A DNA stretch of 64,000 bases. Source: Trichoplax sp. H2 (taxonomy: Eukaryota). Below the pieces are notes generated by a model. That model was not told the origin of the DNA and did no database searches. It saw only the letters and a list, made by a program, of their open reading frames with translations. Below are positions 1 through 12,888 of this stretch, piece after piece (the stretch's first letter is position 1; every line of letters begins with the position of its first letter). The stretch lies in NCBI GenBank assembly GCA_003344405.1, contig NOWV01000288.1:1-64000 (forward strand), in the 5' to 3' direction. Position numbers and translations under genes: made by a program.

Positions 1-195
1 ATAGTGTTTGAATTCTTCGTAGTAATGCCATTTCCTGGTCATAATTTTTTATTTGTAGTAGTAATAATCATTTAGAATTAAATTTAATTACAGTATTTAC
101 TTAAAGTGATAATGTACTGATGACTATCCTTACAAAATATGCTATAGTGTCATTGTTTTGATGAATCATGCGAAGTAACTAATCGCCTATTCTAT

Positions 196-382
196 TAAAT
201 GATAGTAAATCTCTAACTATCTCGTCTACATCATCTGTGACGCTATAATTATACCATAGTATTCGGCCGTTGGAACTGAATTATTTGGTGATATAGCTAA
301 TCTCGCCTCTTTAAGTTAGTAAGTGGCGTTCTCTGCAAGGATTGGCGTGTGTAGACTACTTTGTCACTAGTGGTGTGTGACA
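196..382 (+). mobile_element. 3' portion of LTR-like repeat (same family as element at 54725-55375)
   Basis: Near-identical to the end of 54725-54862 and to 55240-55375; ends in ...GTGTGTGACA. Supplies the 19 nt that link the two halves of the 54.7-55.4 kb copy. Confidence 0.75.
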
Positions 383-467
383 TCAATATAACTTTAGAAG
401 AATAGTTTTAATTTGTGTGCACCAGGAGTTTGTGACAAGACCATAAAAGGCTAGTGCCTGAATACTA

Positions 468-661
468 CTTTTTAGTTAGTTAGTCGGTTAATTAGTCGAT
501 TAGTTAGTCAAATAATTTGTCAATTGCTATTGAATTGCCAAGACTATAATCTTCATTATCAAGATTTCTACAGCAATAAATAGTAGTAATTCTCTGAATA
601 CCTCGTCTATACTATCAGTGAGGCCTTTAACTATCCTTTAGTATTTGGTCACTGGAACTGA
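468..661 (+). mobile_element. Diverged 5'/central fragment of the same LTR-like family
   Basis: ctttttagtt.gttagtcggtta ... aagactataatctt ... caagatt ... aataaat ... ctcgtct ... tggaactga aligns by eye with 54734-54862 and 221-279. Confidence 0.6.
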
Positions 662-1034
662 TCTAATAAAAAATAATGAATAATTTCACATAATGTCCGA
701 TTCAGATATCATTATTGAATCATACTTTAACACTATCCAAGGAATTTAGTAGAGAAACCATTGAATGAATGAAGAGAAATTGCTTGCTTTATTTAATAAC
801 ATTCTGCATTAGTATGTTATATTGATGCAGTATACGACTTTACAACTATTTTAAGATATAATAAAATCAATTAGAACTTCAACAGTTACGAGTGCTTATA
901 GCTTTGATAGAATATTTTGCTTTCTAGGTAACGAAGATCAGACATGAAGCTGCATTACTGCCTTCATATTATGTCAGTATTAAAAACTAAGGCAGAAACC
1001 ATCAGCTTTTGTAGTTTCTAAAAGTATGTAAGTA

Positions 1035-4000
1035 TTAATAAGGAGGAGGTAATCCAGATGGAGATTTTTCGTTACTCGTATCGGTTGGTTGAGGGTTCAT
1101 CATTGGTGGCGGCTGCAAAGGGGCTCCAGCTGGCATATTTGGATTAGCTATGATTGGTGGTTGTTGTATGGGTTGATTTACTTGATACGTTACTGTTAAG
1201 TAAAGGTTTTTTCATTAATTAAGTTGAATCTATTGATGCATTAGGAAATTACGTTCGTATAATAATTAATATTCAAATATTTGCCGTTTACTAAGCCATG
1301 TATGAATTGATCTGACTCTTTTGATTAATTATTTATAGCACGAAGGGATATCATTTTGAATGTTAATATGCATCATGAGAGTTTTATTAGTAGCTACAAC
1401 ATTACATCATGTATAGATAACATGAAGCACTGTGAAATAATTTAAAGTCTATTAAACTAAATTTGCCTTTATAAATACATCCATACAATATTGAAATTTG
1501 TTTCGATTTAAATCGATATATTCGTCTGGAAGAAAATAAGATCTTGATAAATCGATATACTGACCTGGTTGAGTTCCGGTAAAGTTGGAGTACTGGCCTT
1601 GACTAAATTGACCCTAAATAAATTATATTTTTTAGATATAAGTAGCCGAATGAGCTTAGTAGGTTATATCTTGCATAATTAATTTAATGAATTGAAGTCT
1701 GAGCTGCAAATATTAGTAGTAGCACTTATCGCTGTTATTTGATTATATAGTCAAACGTCCTGTATCACGCACTGAACAAATTTAAAAATATGTGCCATGA
1801 AACCGAAAGATTGGCTGGTTCACACGAAATGAATTAGTGATAAACTGAAATTATAGCATTTAAAATATCTCTAGAATAGATTTTCGATGATAATGATTTT
1901 GGTAGCACTTTTATTTATTAGACGGTAAATTTTTATAATAAAATATATAGGTGTCAGACAGTGTCATAATTTGGATGAGTGGATGTTATTAAGAAGTAAA
2001 AGCTATGGAATTACTTACGCTTGATCTGCAGTAAATATGTTGTGATAAGATGATGATAAATGCTAAAGTCAAAGAAAGCGCAAGTAGTGAAAAGACCAGA
2101 GAAATCGCTCCAAAAAGTGCACCATAGGTAGCTAAACTTGCAATTGCTAAGCCCAAATGCGGAAACGAGAAAATAAATCCAATAATATTGAATGCATAAA
2201 AGGCATGCGTCTGTTGGTATTGATATATCAACGATGAAATATGTTAGATAAAAATGAAACATAAGACAAAAAAAAGTTAGCTAGTAAGTAAATAACAGGT
2301 GCAGATATACTCTGCTTACTATGGAAATATTCGTGGGAGATTTTGTGTGGGATATACCGAGGATTCCAGCAATGAGGTACTAGAAATTATTTGAGGAATA
2401 AAAGTAAATATAACCCTACTTGAATATTACTTAGTCAAAGCAAACAATAATTTTTAATTATAATGCTGTTAAGACATTGAATGTCTAATCAGACTCACTA
2501 GACTATGTTTTTGAGAAGTGACGTATTCATGCAATATAAATCATAAGTATTGTTACGAAATAGAAATTTAGCGATCCGTTTAATATGCTCAACCATTAGC
2601 TCTAATTCATAAAAGCTTCTGCTTGTTTAATGACTAAATGTAGATATATATTTTTGTTTTAAAATTGTAATTTTGAAGATTAGAGTTAAATAACGCCGCT
2701 AATAGAATCCCTTCTTATTTTATGCTGTTCATCGTTAACCTGATTATCTCTTTCATTGATGTGATAAAATATTTACTAGTATTCGTGGTATTTCGTTATA
2801 TAATGTTGGAAGCGTTGTTTACTACTTATAACATTACTAATATCTATGCATACTGATTTCAGTATTCAATCTCTATAGAGCTCTTCCAGCTGTACTACAA
2901 GAAAGTCATGTAAGAGAAAATTCTTGGCAGTACTACTTTAATGAGTGTGAGCGCTGTATAGTTACGATGATAAATGTGTTATGTCACCTTTATTTATTAT
3001 CAAGTGCATAATGTAAAATGAAGTGATTGAATTATTATGAACTGAATGAAATTGCAATTTCTAAACTTTATTATAACGGATTAATTAATAAATGGCTCCT
3101 TAAATATTGCTATCATATACTACTATTTTACGTAAATTACATATGACTTACATTACACTTTATTCGATGGTAGCGGTTTCTCTTTAAATTCATGAAGGTA
3201 CTACGTTGCCTAAATTATTGAATTTTTTGAAAGTATTGTTGCTCTCAGTGTTTCAGTATTATAGCTCACTGAATAAAACTGTTTTGCCGATTATAGTCCT
3301 GTGTGTCTCTTGGTCTTGTGCTTTCTAGAAGGTTAGTTCTTAGGCATTATAGTAGCAGAACTATATTCTTGCTAAATCTTACGATAGATTAAAGTAGTAA
3401 TCTGAAGAAGCAACTAAAAGAAAGCACTTCATGTCAGACTAGTCAACGTGTCAGGAGGCAGTCGGGGACAACGTGCGATGCGATATATCAATGTCCAGTA
3501 AAATAAACTCCTTTTGTACAATTAAATGCTATGACTTCACGCTAATAAGTTTGATTGTGAATTTATGATAAAGTAAAGTAAAACCCTAGCTAGTAATAGA
3601 ATTCGCAGGAATCCTTTGGACTGCAATTTTAAATAACAAAGATATGTATTGTATTTTTGAAGCAAAGATAGAAGTTTCTTAATTTAATTTTGATAAGTTG
3701 CCTGAGCTATTAAATAATTCCTGATAACGGCATATTGTAATAGTCTCGATATACGATAGTAGTTACAAACTTTGATTTACTCTTTCATCAATAACCGGAT
3801 ACAGATAGAATTGTACCCTATTATACATATCTAGATTGTAATTACGAAAACTTAATAATGAACGTATATAGTATTTATAGAATATGCTGATATTTTATGG
3901 TAGCATTCATTTGCTATAATGAAAGGTAGCAAAATATGCTAGTATGAAAAAACGTTAAAAAAATGTCAAAAAACTAAATCTTTTCTTATATTGGTATGTT

Positions 4001-4646
4001 GTAATTTAATCCAAATTTTGTTATTCAGTTCAATCCAAAGCTATTTTAGATCTTAACTATTTCATCTTCGTGATAGATAAAGTTAACTTAAGTAGTACAC
4101 TAAAGTACTATAATCAAAAGTATCTCTTTTAATGCTGGATCGAATTTAGCTTATTTCATCTGCTCATACCGTTTAGATTATTGATCATTCGAATAGATTT
4201 TATCGTTTCTCGATTAATCTTTATATGTAGTAGATATATATGAATATTATAGTATTCTGTAGGCATTTCAAACTTTTCATAGGGTAACCTTTTTGAATAT
4301 TTTTTTAATTTAATATTCAATTTCTAGTTTACAGATTAATTAGTTTGGCACCAAGACTTTTAACAAGCTCATTCTCAACATATTAAACGAACGGGTTTAT
4401 TCTTACAAATAATCCAGCCCATATGTTCACTCCAGTGATGGAAATTAAGGGAAAGTTCGAGACAATGATAATAATTATACCAAATATGAAACAGCACGAG
4501 CCAAGAATAGTTAATGTTACAGATATGCCAAAGGTAGGTCTCTGGAGACTTGGTGGTACAGTTATTGGCATAATTTGCTGTTGTGGTGTATACTGTGGTA
4601 TACCCTGCACTCTGGGTTGTTGCGATGTGTATGGGGTAGCTGCCAT
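1035..4646 (-). CDS. CD20/MS4A-like four-TM protein, copy 1 (exons 4646-4407, 2379-2320, 2210-2019, 1613-1565, 1192-1035)
   Basis: All introns GT-AG, phases 0,0,0,1, with an open spliced frame. Four hydrophobic segments. TGVNIWAGLF|YLIAGILGI resembles the MS4A TM2 motif (GxPxWGxxxFIxSGxL). C-terminus ends LPPPY*. Intron 1 is ~2 kb, much longer than in the paralogs. Confidence 0.8.
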
Positions 4647-7600
4647 TTTGATTACAACTTCCAATCAGTTTAATCTATATATAAGAAGCAAATAGAATAG
4701 ATAGCATTATTCAAAGTAAAGTACTAGAATCTTAAAAGTCGATCTTGAAATAGTCTAGGTAGCATAAATTCCGCTTATAGTGTCATTGATATGAAAGAAA
4801 GTGACTGCAAATAACATTTTATTTTTAAATTGGATATTCTTATTCATTTGGATTAGAACTTACTAATGCTACAATAGTTTTTACTTCTTGGTGACTATGT
4901 GCTAGATGATATGTTGATAATCGTCAGATTTATAGAGTAATAGCAGGATTAGAAAGTTACTTTAAAAACGCTTCATATACGTATTAAGGGCAGCGTGTAA
5001 TCAGTCTACGCCTATTTATTCATCACTATTTAAATATGGTATGGTATAGTACGGAGCTTTACGGTCATTAAGTTCTTTGTTCTATTCTACGCAAATTAAG
5101 TAATGTTGACATACAGCACCGTCCTGCTACTGGTTAGAGATGACAATTGCTAATTGAAGAAACTTGAAAAAACTTTATTAAGAAACATTTTAGAGGCTGT
5201 CATTGGTCAATAATGCATTTAATAATATGGTGATGAACGAAGTAGCTAGTCCTGATAATGAATTATTAGCAATACATAACAAATGATATTCTATCCTTGA
5301 AACAGACTTTGATATGTACTTCATAGATAGAATATTGTTTGCTTCAAAAAATAAGATAACTTCGCAATCAAAATTGGAGTAAAATTTTTATACTTGCAAC
5401 CTCATTTAGACAAGATTATGGTTGATGTATGGAGGTTTGAATTTCGATCGTAGACTGTACTGCTAATGCAAACTACGAATCTGCTATAGATCCATCGTAA
5501 ACAATTAGGAAAGGCAGAACATGCATATATTTTTGAAGCCGTAATCTGTTAATTGCTTTGTTTTGGGTATTCTGCATAAGTGAATGGTAGAAAATATAAT
5601 TGTTGCTGGATATCCTTTATTGCGATTCTGGCCTACTTTTAGAATCACAGACATGATATGCAGTAGTTATAGTGCTGAATGCTAGGTAAGAGAAAAAGTT
5701 GCATTACTAGAGTTAAGACTGGAAATTGTAATAAGACTCTAGAACTATACACGATGAGGGATATTATTCATTGTGATTTTAAAGTGGCAGGTTATGATTA
5801 TATTGTCGAAAATATCGTTCTAATCGCCGAATTTTAGTGCTTGAAGATCAATTACTGGATTTTCAACCGTGCTAGAACAGTTGTAATAAGCATCCTTAAG
5901 CAGATTCTGTTTGTACTTTTTCTTTTTAAGGAAATTTTACTGTGTATGCAACCTCAGATTAGCAAAAAATACTATTTCGATAACGTGATAGCCTAGATTA
6001 TTATGGAATACAATAATTTAATAATATAATGACAGTTAAGGACATTAGCAGCTCTTTAGTATCTAATAAGGATAGTAAAGCTCGTAGCATACCTCGCTGG
6101 AGTAGTAGTAGAAAATTCCGATTTAGGAAGAGCTACTGTATAACTCATACACCTACGTGTAAAGTGATCCTATTTTAAGTATTGAATTTAGTAATTGAGG
6201 ATTTTTGACTTTAGCCATTCTATTATATTTAATCAACATAGAAATATGTACGTGAGGATAGGTCTGTATAAAGCATTCGACCCATATTTTTAATGGCTCT
6301 GCTGAGCATGCTTCCACACTTGTGGTTTGCTGATATTCATCGTAGATTCAGAAATTACGCTAACTAGCTTCGTAATACCCATTGTAAATGCATTTAGTCT
6401 ATGTTTGTAGCCTATCAGATCTAATTGACAAACATAATTTATATTAGCGATGCCTCATGATCTTGAGCTTGAGCCTGTTTTGCATAAAAGAAGTAACTCA
6501 TTCATACTCAGAGAGCTTTTTTTGCGATATCGTTCTGATTAAGTATTTTTAGCGCTGGTTAAAGATAGTAATGCTACGTTGATAGTTTATCATTCCTTCT
6601 GTGGGATGTTGGCTAATTTATTATGAATTGATCTAGAGGGCATGGATTGGTTTAATACGCTTGCATTCATAATGTAGATTTAGTATAAAAAAGCAAGGAC
6701 CTAAATTCACCAGATTAACAATGGCAATGGAGTTACTCAAAAAAATTTAATTTGAATTGTTTTATCTGATGTAACTTACATAGGTTAACGAAAAAGGAAA
6801 CCCAAATGAAGGTACAAAATTAAATTAAACTGCGTCCAATGAACTTTTTCCTCCTATCTGAAATTATGCAATTCCTTTCATAGTTAACTTGAAACGTATT
6901 AGTCATTGTAAGGTAATAATAAGGAATATATAAATAATGATGCTCATTATAGACTGAAATTAAATGTTAAAAGCGACCTTGGAGATCAGTTTTATTAGAG
7001 TTTTGTCAACACTAATAATGTAAACTTATATAACTAATTTAGAACTATTTGATGGAAAAATTATCCATTCCATATATTTCATGTAAAGAGTACAATCTTT
7101 CCCGCCTTGTACGGGTAAACGTACCATTAAAATCGGCTGTTTGAGGCTTAAAATACCCCTATATTTCATAGAGAGAAAGGTATTTTGAGAAGGAAATGCT
7201 AGAGAGATATTCTTATCACGGTCTGTTTTGCACGAAGTAACAATATATGGGATGTATATCCAGTACACATTATGTGTGAAAATAAAATCTACGTTTGGAT
7301 CTTTGATGCTTTGGAGGCAAATTCGAAATTAGGCTAAAATATTAGTAAGATTCTGTTCTGTACTGACAGCTAAATTGGTAATTTCTAATCTTTATCATGC
7401 TGAGTAGGCTAGCAGCGTAAAACTTGAAGGAAATGAGAGATTCAAATGTCTGCAATTCGTTTGCTTTGTGTAAATCAATCAATGTTAGAGGACACTATTT
7501 AAACAGGCTTTTTTACGCTGAGAGAGGGCTGCTTTGGAGCCATGAAAGGAAAGTAGGCGCAAGCAGATTGCGACTACAGCTGTTCATTTAAGGCAGTTCC

Positions 7601-8314
7601 TGGAATAAGTATAAGATTGGGTTTGATAGTAAATTTACCAGTTCATTTTTTGATACATTTAATAAGTACTTAAAATTTAAAAGTAAACTGAAACGTTGCA
7701 TTTTGCTATTACAGTTTTCCAAAGTCGTTGGACTGAATCAGCATGATAGGCTGATGATTTGTACGATAAAAGCTGCCAAACATAAACAACTTTTAATACT
7801 TGCCTAATTAATTATTAGTCTTGTATTATAGAAACATTTTGTGTATTCTCAATTATATACTGTAAAAACATAAATAGCATCAGAATTTTGTTAGTATCTT
7901 TAGCATTATCTTCATGAGCTATTTGAAAATAGCTATGAGCTTAGTTCTTAGGTATCAAACTGTATCTATAGTGACACCAGAATTCTCAAAAGCAAGCTAA
8001 TGCGATTAAACGTTTTACTTACAGATGATGAGCAGTAAACTTTGCTATGTAATAGTCACACTAGTAGTACTTCCTCACGTTACTTCACGACAGCTTACAC
8101 GATGATCTAGCATAACTACCGCATTCTACATCTGTTACTATCTAAAATTAAGTTTTCTCTTTATTAAAACCCCTTATACAGTTTCTGTAAATGGCTGCTA
8201 AGTCCGCATCCGCTGACTCTTCGAACTCTCCATCATAATAAGGCAACATGAATAAAGTACAATTTAAATTAAATATAGCTATAAGCTGAGGTATAAATTT
8301 TGGGGAATATCTTT

Positions 8315-10129
8315 TTATTTTCTTATGTCTGGCAAAGGTTGTAGTTTATGTTTTGGTGGCTCTCCTAGCAGTGATTGCCCTTGCGGTTGCTGTTGTGGTG
8401 GCTGTTGTGGTGGCTGTTGTGGTGGCTGTTGTGGTGGCTGTGGTGCTATTTGTTGTTGCAATATTTGTTGCTGGGATATCATCTGAATGCCAGGGCTACC
8501 AACGCCCGGTGCTACTCCTGTGTTATAATAAACAACTCCAGATACAGGCATATTTATTGGTGTCATCATTACTGGTTGATGATATCCAGCAGGGTTCATG
8601 ACTTGTACTAGAAAGCAAAAAACTGAATTAGCTTGAATACTATAGATATAGATAGGTTCACTACATTTATTGTCCGTAGTTCGGTTTTGTTGGACTTATA
8701 TCGTGCTCTAATTCGCATATAAACGAAAATGAAATATTTATAATATATTTGCACACTAATGGGTTGTACGCGATATCATTGCAATATGAATTGATTATTA
8801 CTATTGCAAAGAGTTTAAAGGATTAAAACGCACCATTTTGTTGTTGTGCCGGATGAACAGTTGATTCACTTGTTAAGCAACACTGATAGAGAAAAATAAA
8901 ATCATATTCGTGATAGAGGAAAATTTTGACCAATAATTGTATAGAAGAAAGATTACAATTCGAGATATACGTTTACCGTATAAGAAATTATGATTAAATA
9001 TAGTCTTGAAGTTTGTGAGAAAGCGAAGTATCAGATATGGACTACTTACATCACCATTGCAATATATTTGGTGTGATAGAATGATAACGCCAGCCAAGGA
9101 TAGAGGAAGTGCACAAGCTGATAGAACGGTTGAAACGATAACATACCTTAAGCTATTGGAAAAGTAATGTATGTAGGCATATGAAATGCAACTGAACGTA
9201 AGCTGAAAGATTGCTGCCGCAAACGAAAGCAGGGTAAAAGCATAATAAGTATGCATCTGGAGAAGAAATAGTCAATAATAGATTATTATCAAATCGAAAT
9301 TTAATCCCACAGATTTTTTGCATAAAGAAAAAAGTATCAATGTAATCTATGACTTCATAAACTAAATACAGTAATGATACAGAAAAAATTAGATTTCCTA
9401 AAATGATTTGAAGGAGTAAATCATGATGAAGTAGAGAGTTTATCAATATATCTGACCTAGTGTCTGATTAAGCTGATGGCTAAGAGTTAACTAATATAGC
9501 TATACTGTAAATCTTACCAAATGAGGGTTAATGGTGATTTTGTATGTCAGAATCCCAAATGTGCCGGCCATAATAAACTATTAGATATAACATGTAAATC
9601 TTACTTACAGATCATTTAGAAGCTATGCACTGACTGCAGTGGCAATTGCAGTAATATTGCGTCCATTTACTAGTCTACTGAATATTTCAGATTCTGAAAT
9701 CATACTTCAGCCCGATATTGGTATAATTCTATTTTTTTATACTTAACGCAAGTCAGATTGAAAAATGTGTATTTTAATCGCAACTTGAATCGATATCCTA
9801 GTATTATATTTATTAAATAACATTATTTTGGACTATTACTTTCATGGATTTGGCTTAAAAATTCTGTTACTTACAAAGACTCCGCTAACTATGTTTATGC
9901 CAGTACTTAGGATGAAGAAACGATAATCAACAAATGCATAGCCAATACACCCCCAAGCTAAGGAAGTTATGCCGTAGACAAGCATAATAATACCTAAATA
10001 AAAAGAACCCTTTTTCATTCGTTCGGGTAATTGATATATCTTGGGAGGTGATCTAGGCTGCATTTGACGTGGTACTACTTGTTGAGGTGGTTGCTGCATA
10101 TAAGTGACAACTTGTGTAGTGTTGGCCAT
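8315..10129 (-). CDS. CD20/MS4A-like four-TM protein, copy 2 (exons 10129-9875, 9577-9518, 9256-9050, 8882-8834, 8607-8315)
   Basis: Same exon architecture (60-nt exon 2, 49-nt exon 4). TGINIVSGVF|FIMAGTFGIL; juxtamembrane IYCNGD|CC; P/Q-rich tail. Confidence 0.8.
8389..8441. repeat. 12-nt coding tandem repeat (GCTGTTGTGGTG, ~4.4 copies) encoding QPPQ repeats in the copy 2 tail
   Basis: Direct reading; translates to PQQPPQQPPQQPPQQ on the minus strand. Confidence 0.9.
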
Positions 10130-10986
10130 TATTATACTTTATTTATTACTTGTGCAACAGATCCTCAAAGGCAAAAATTTGATCTAATTATTTTCATTAC
10201 ATGAAAGAAAACGTAGAAAGTTTTGTTCAGTATTAACAGAACAGCAGTATTATAAAGCTAAACAGCGTAATTAATACTAATGAAGTAAATAAAATAGCAA
10301 CAAAAATTGTAAGTTTTGATAGTTATATCGGTAGTTTATAGCGATTGAAGTAAATTTCTTTACACAGTTAACAATGCTAAAGTTTGACTTTGAAGATATT
10401 GTAAAGTTGCTTATTATAGGAAAAAAATATTTCTACTACTTATAAATTTAATAAGGAAACATATTATTAAGATTTTAGTCGTTAAATATGCCAAAATTGA
10501 TTTAAGATTACCTTTTAGAACGTTTCACGCTAATTTTATTGTTACTGTTTTCTTTCATCAAACCATCAGAAAAAATCTATAAAAAATTCGCAATAGGGAA
10601 AAATCACAAATAATAACACTACGCCGGTGTGATTGACACGGACGCTGCACAAATGCCCAACCTAGTAGGCGTTATAAGGGAATTCTTATGCTTTGTTTTA
10701 TTAAATGGGAAAAAGCGGTGTTTTAGATTGTAAGTATGCATCAAAGTAATTTATTATAATCATCAATCTCATCTCAAGTTCTAAATTATTACGTAAAACA
10801 ATATAGAAGAATAATGTTGTCATAGTAACAGCTACTAATTTGAATCAAAGTAGTAAACTAATTGTAACTTGCAGTGTTCCTTAATTGAGTTTATTAGAGG
10901 GAAAATGGAAATTTTTTAAATGTATGAATGCTGAAGTTGACCAGTTATTCAAAGATATGTCTGAGTTTTATAGCATCATTATGCTG

Positions 10987-12066
10987 GTGAGACGTTTGTT
11001 GCATAAGTAGCTAGTACGAATGATACGATAAAAAATCTTGTTGAAAATGGATGCTTCTGAAGCTACCAAATCATTATGATTCGAATTTAGGGGGAGTAGT
11101 TGAAAATTACGTCTAATCGAAAATTAGTGGATAATTTGTTATGAGTTTCAGCAATCTGTAGATGTAGAAAATGAAANNNNNNNNNNNNNNNNNNNNTTAA
11201 ACTTGCGAATCTAAGTATCTGCCCAGCTTCGAACTTATGTTTTCCGAAGCAATTCCAATCCACTATGCAACAGCTATAATTGACGTCGGAGACATTCCAT
11301 ATCATGATTTTAACTACCGTTATAACGTTATAACGGTACGCTATAATACGCATACAGCATACTAAAATGTACAATACGGACCATGAACGAATTACGTCAT
11401 TAGAACCGCACACCCAAATTTACTACATCTGCGCGTTTGTCTTCACCTAAAAAATTATGTAAATAGTGCACTTATGAATTACGTCATTAGAACCGTACAG
11501 ACAAATTTACTACATCTACGCGTGTGTCTTCACCTAAAAAATTATGTAAATAGTGCACTTATGATGGTGCCTAGAGACTCTCTAAAGGTCTCTAAAAATG
11601 GTGCCTATTTTTCAAGCTATCATTCTCATAGTGTTCCTATTATACGTGATAATGCCGTTTAAGATCGAATGATTTCACTAGCTTTCTACAGTAAGCTCAA
11701 TGACAGCTACATTATTAATCATAATGCTACCCAATTTAATTCTATGTAATGTAGGGACTGTACATTGTACAATAGGACACATGTTAAATACCATCAATTG
11801 GGCATTACTTTATCATATTTTTTTATCCTTTTATTTCATCTAAATAATGCACCCATNNNNNNNNNNNNNNNNNNNNGTGAGACGTTTGTTGCATAAGTAG
11901 CTAGTACGAATGATACGATAAAAAATCTTGTTGAAAATGGATACTTTTGAAGCTACCAAATCATTATGATTCGAATTTAGGGGGAATAGTTGAAAATTAC
12001 GTCTAATCGAAAATTAGTGGATAATTTGTTACGAGTTTCAGCAATCTGTAGATGTAGAAAATGAAA
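10987..12066. repeat. Gap-flanking ~190-bp duplication (10987-11176 vs 11877-12066)
   Basis: Near-identical, about 4 substitutions, each copy abutting an N gap. Probably two haplotypes or a collapsed tandem unit. Confidence 0.8.
11197..11856. repeat. Gap-bounded contig duplicating 18525-19088, with an extra 87-bp tandem unit (11389-11475/11476-11562)
   Basis: Near-identical to 18525-19088 apart from SNPs, a small indel and the doubled 87-bp unit; N runs on both sides. Confidence 0.85.
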
Positions 12067-12888
12067 ATGATAATTATACATCATAAGCGATTCGCAGATC
12101 ATCGTTGGATTATATTTTTACGCTTTCTTCGGATTTAGTGCGATTAGTGTATTAAAAATATGGAAAGTTTTGAATGCTAAATGTAGTCAAAAATTATATT
12201 TCTGAGATGATCAAACTACGTCAATAAAAAAATAAGACGTAAGAGTTACGCTATTTCTAATGACCATGCCTGAAGTAGTTCAATTTAAGTGTCAAAATTT
12301 TCAATTACTATAATTGATTCCACAAATGCTAACTGTAAAACTTGTGATGCGGCGTCTTTTTGATTTTACATTATCAAGGAACTAACTAAGCTTCATTTAT
12401 TGCAATATTTGTCACACTGAACCTAATTTCCTTTAGGGTGACATTCATTTGGATTTAGTATCTAATGCTCAATGTAATAATTATCATAATTCTAGAACAG
12501 ATTTCATTCTTTATTAATCATCTTTTCTTTTGCAGTAATTAAGAGTTTAGCAAAACTGCTGCAAAAAATTAAATTCCTAAATTTCAATGTTATTACTGAA
12601 TTACATGCATAACGGCGTAAATATTCAAGTGTTGATTTCATATTTTCTGTATGCATTTCTAAGTATGGCTCACCTTAATGAACTGTCAATAAAAGAGCAA
12701 CAAGAGTAATAACCTAATTATCATTTGTTTTTAAACCATAGATAGAATTTTTATCACCTCTTTCTTAGCCAAAATAAGTCATGATACGAGTTCTACAGTG
12801 CGAGCTTGGGAAGTAATGACCTAAATATAACGTTAAGTATAGTGCTAGTATTGTTCTATTGCTAGTTTTATAATTCTAAATTGGCCAT

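Noticed and set aside
8353..8611. Plus-strand ORFs with VVVA and WWLL repeats that look like membrane or antimicrobial peptides
   Set aside because: Antisense shadows of the QPPQ repeat in MS4A-like copy 2.
11087..11662. ORFs of 108 aa and 62 aa
   Set aside because: One crosses an N gap, both lie in duplicated intergenic sequence, and neither has recognisable motifs.
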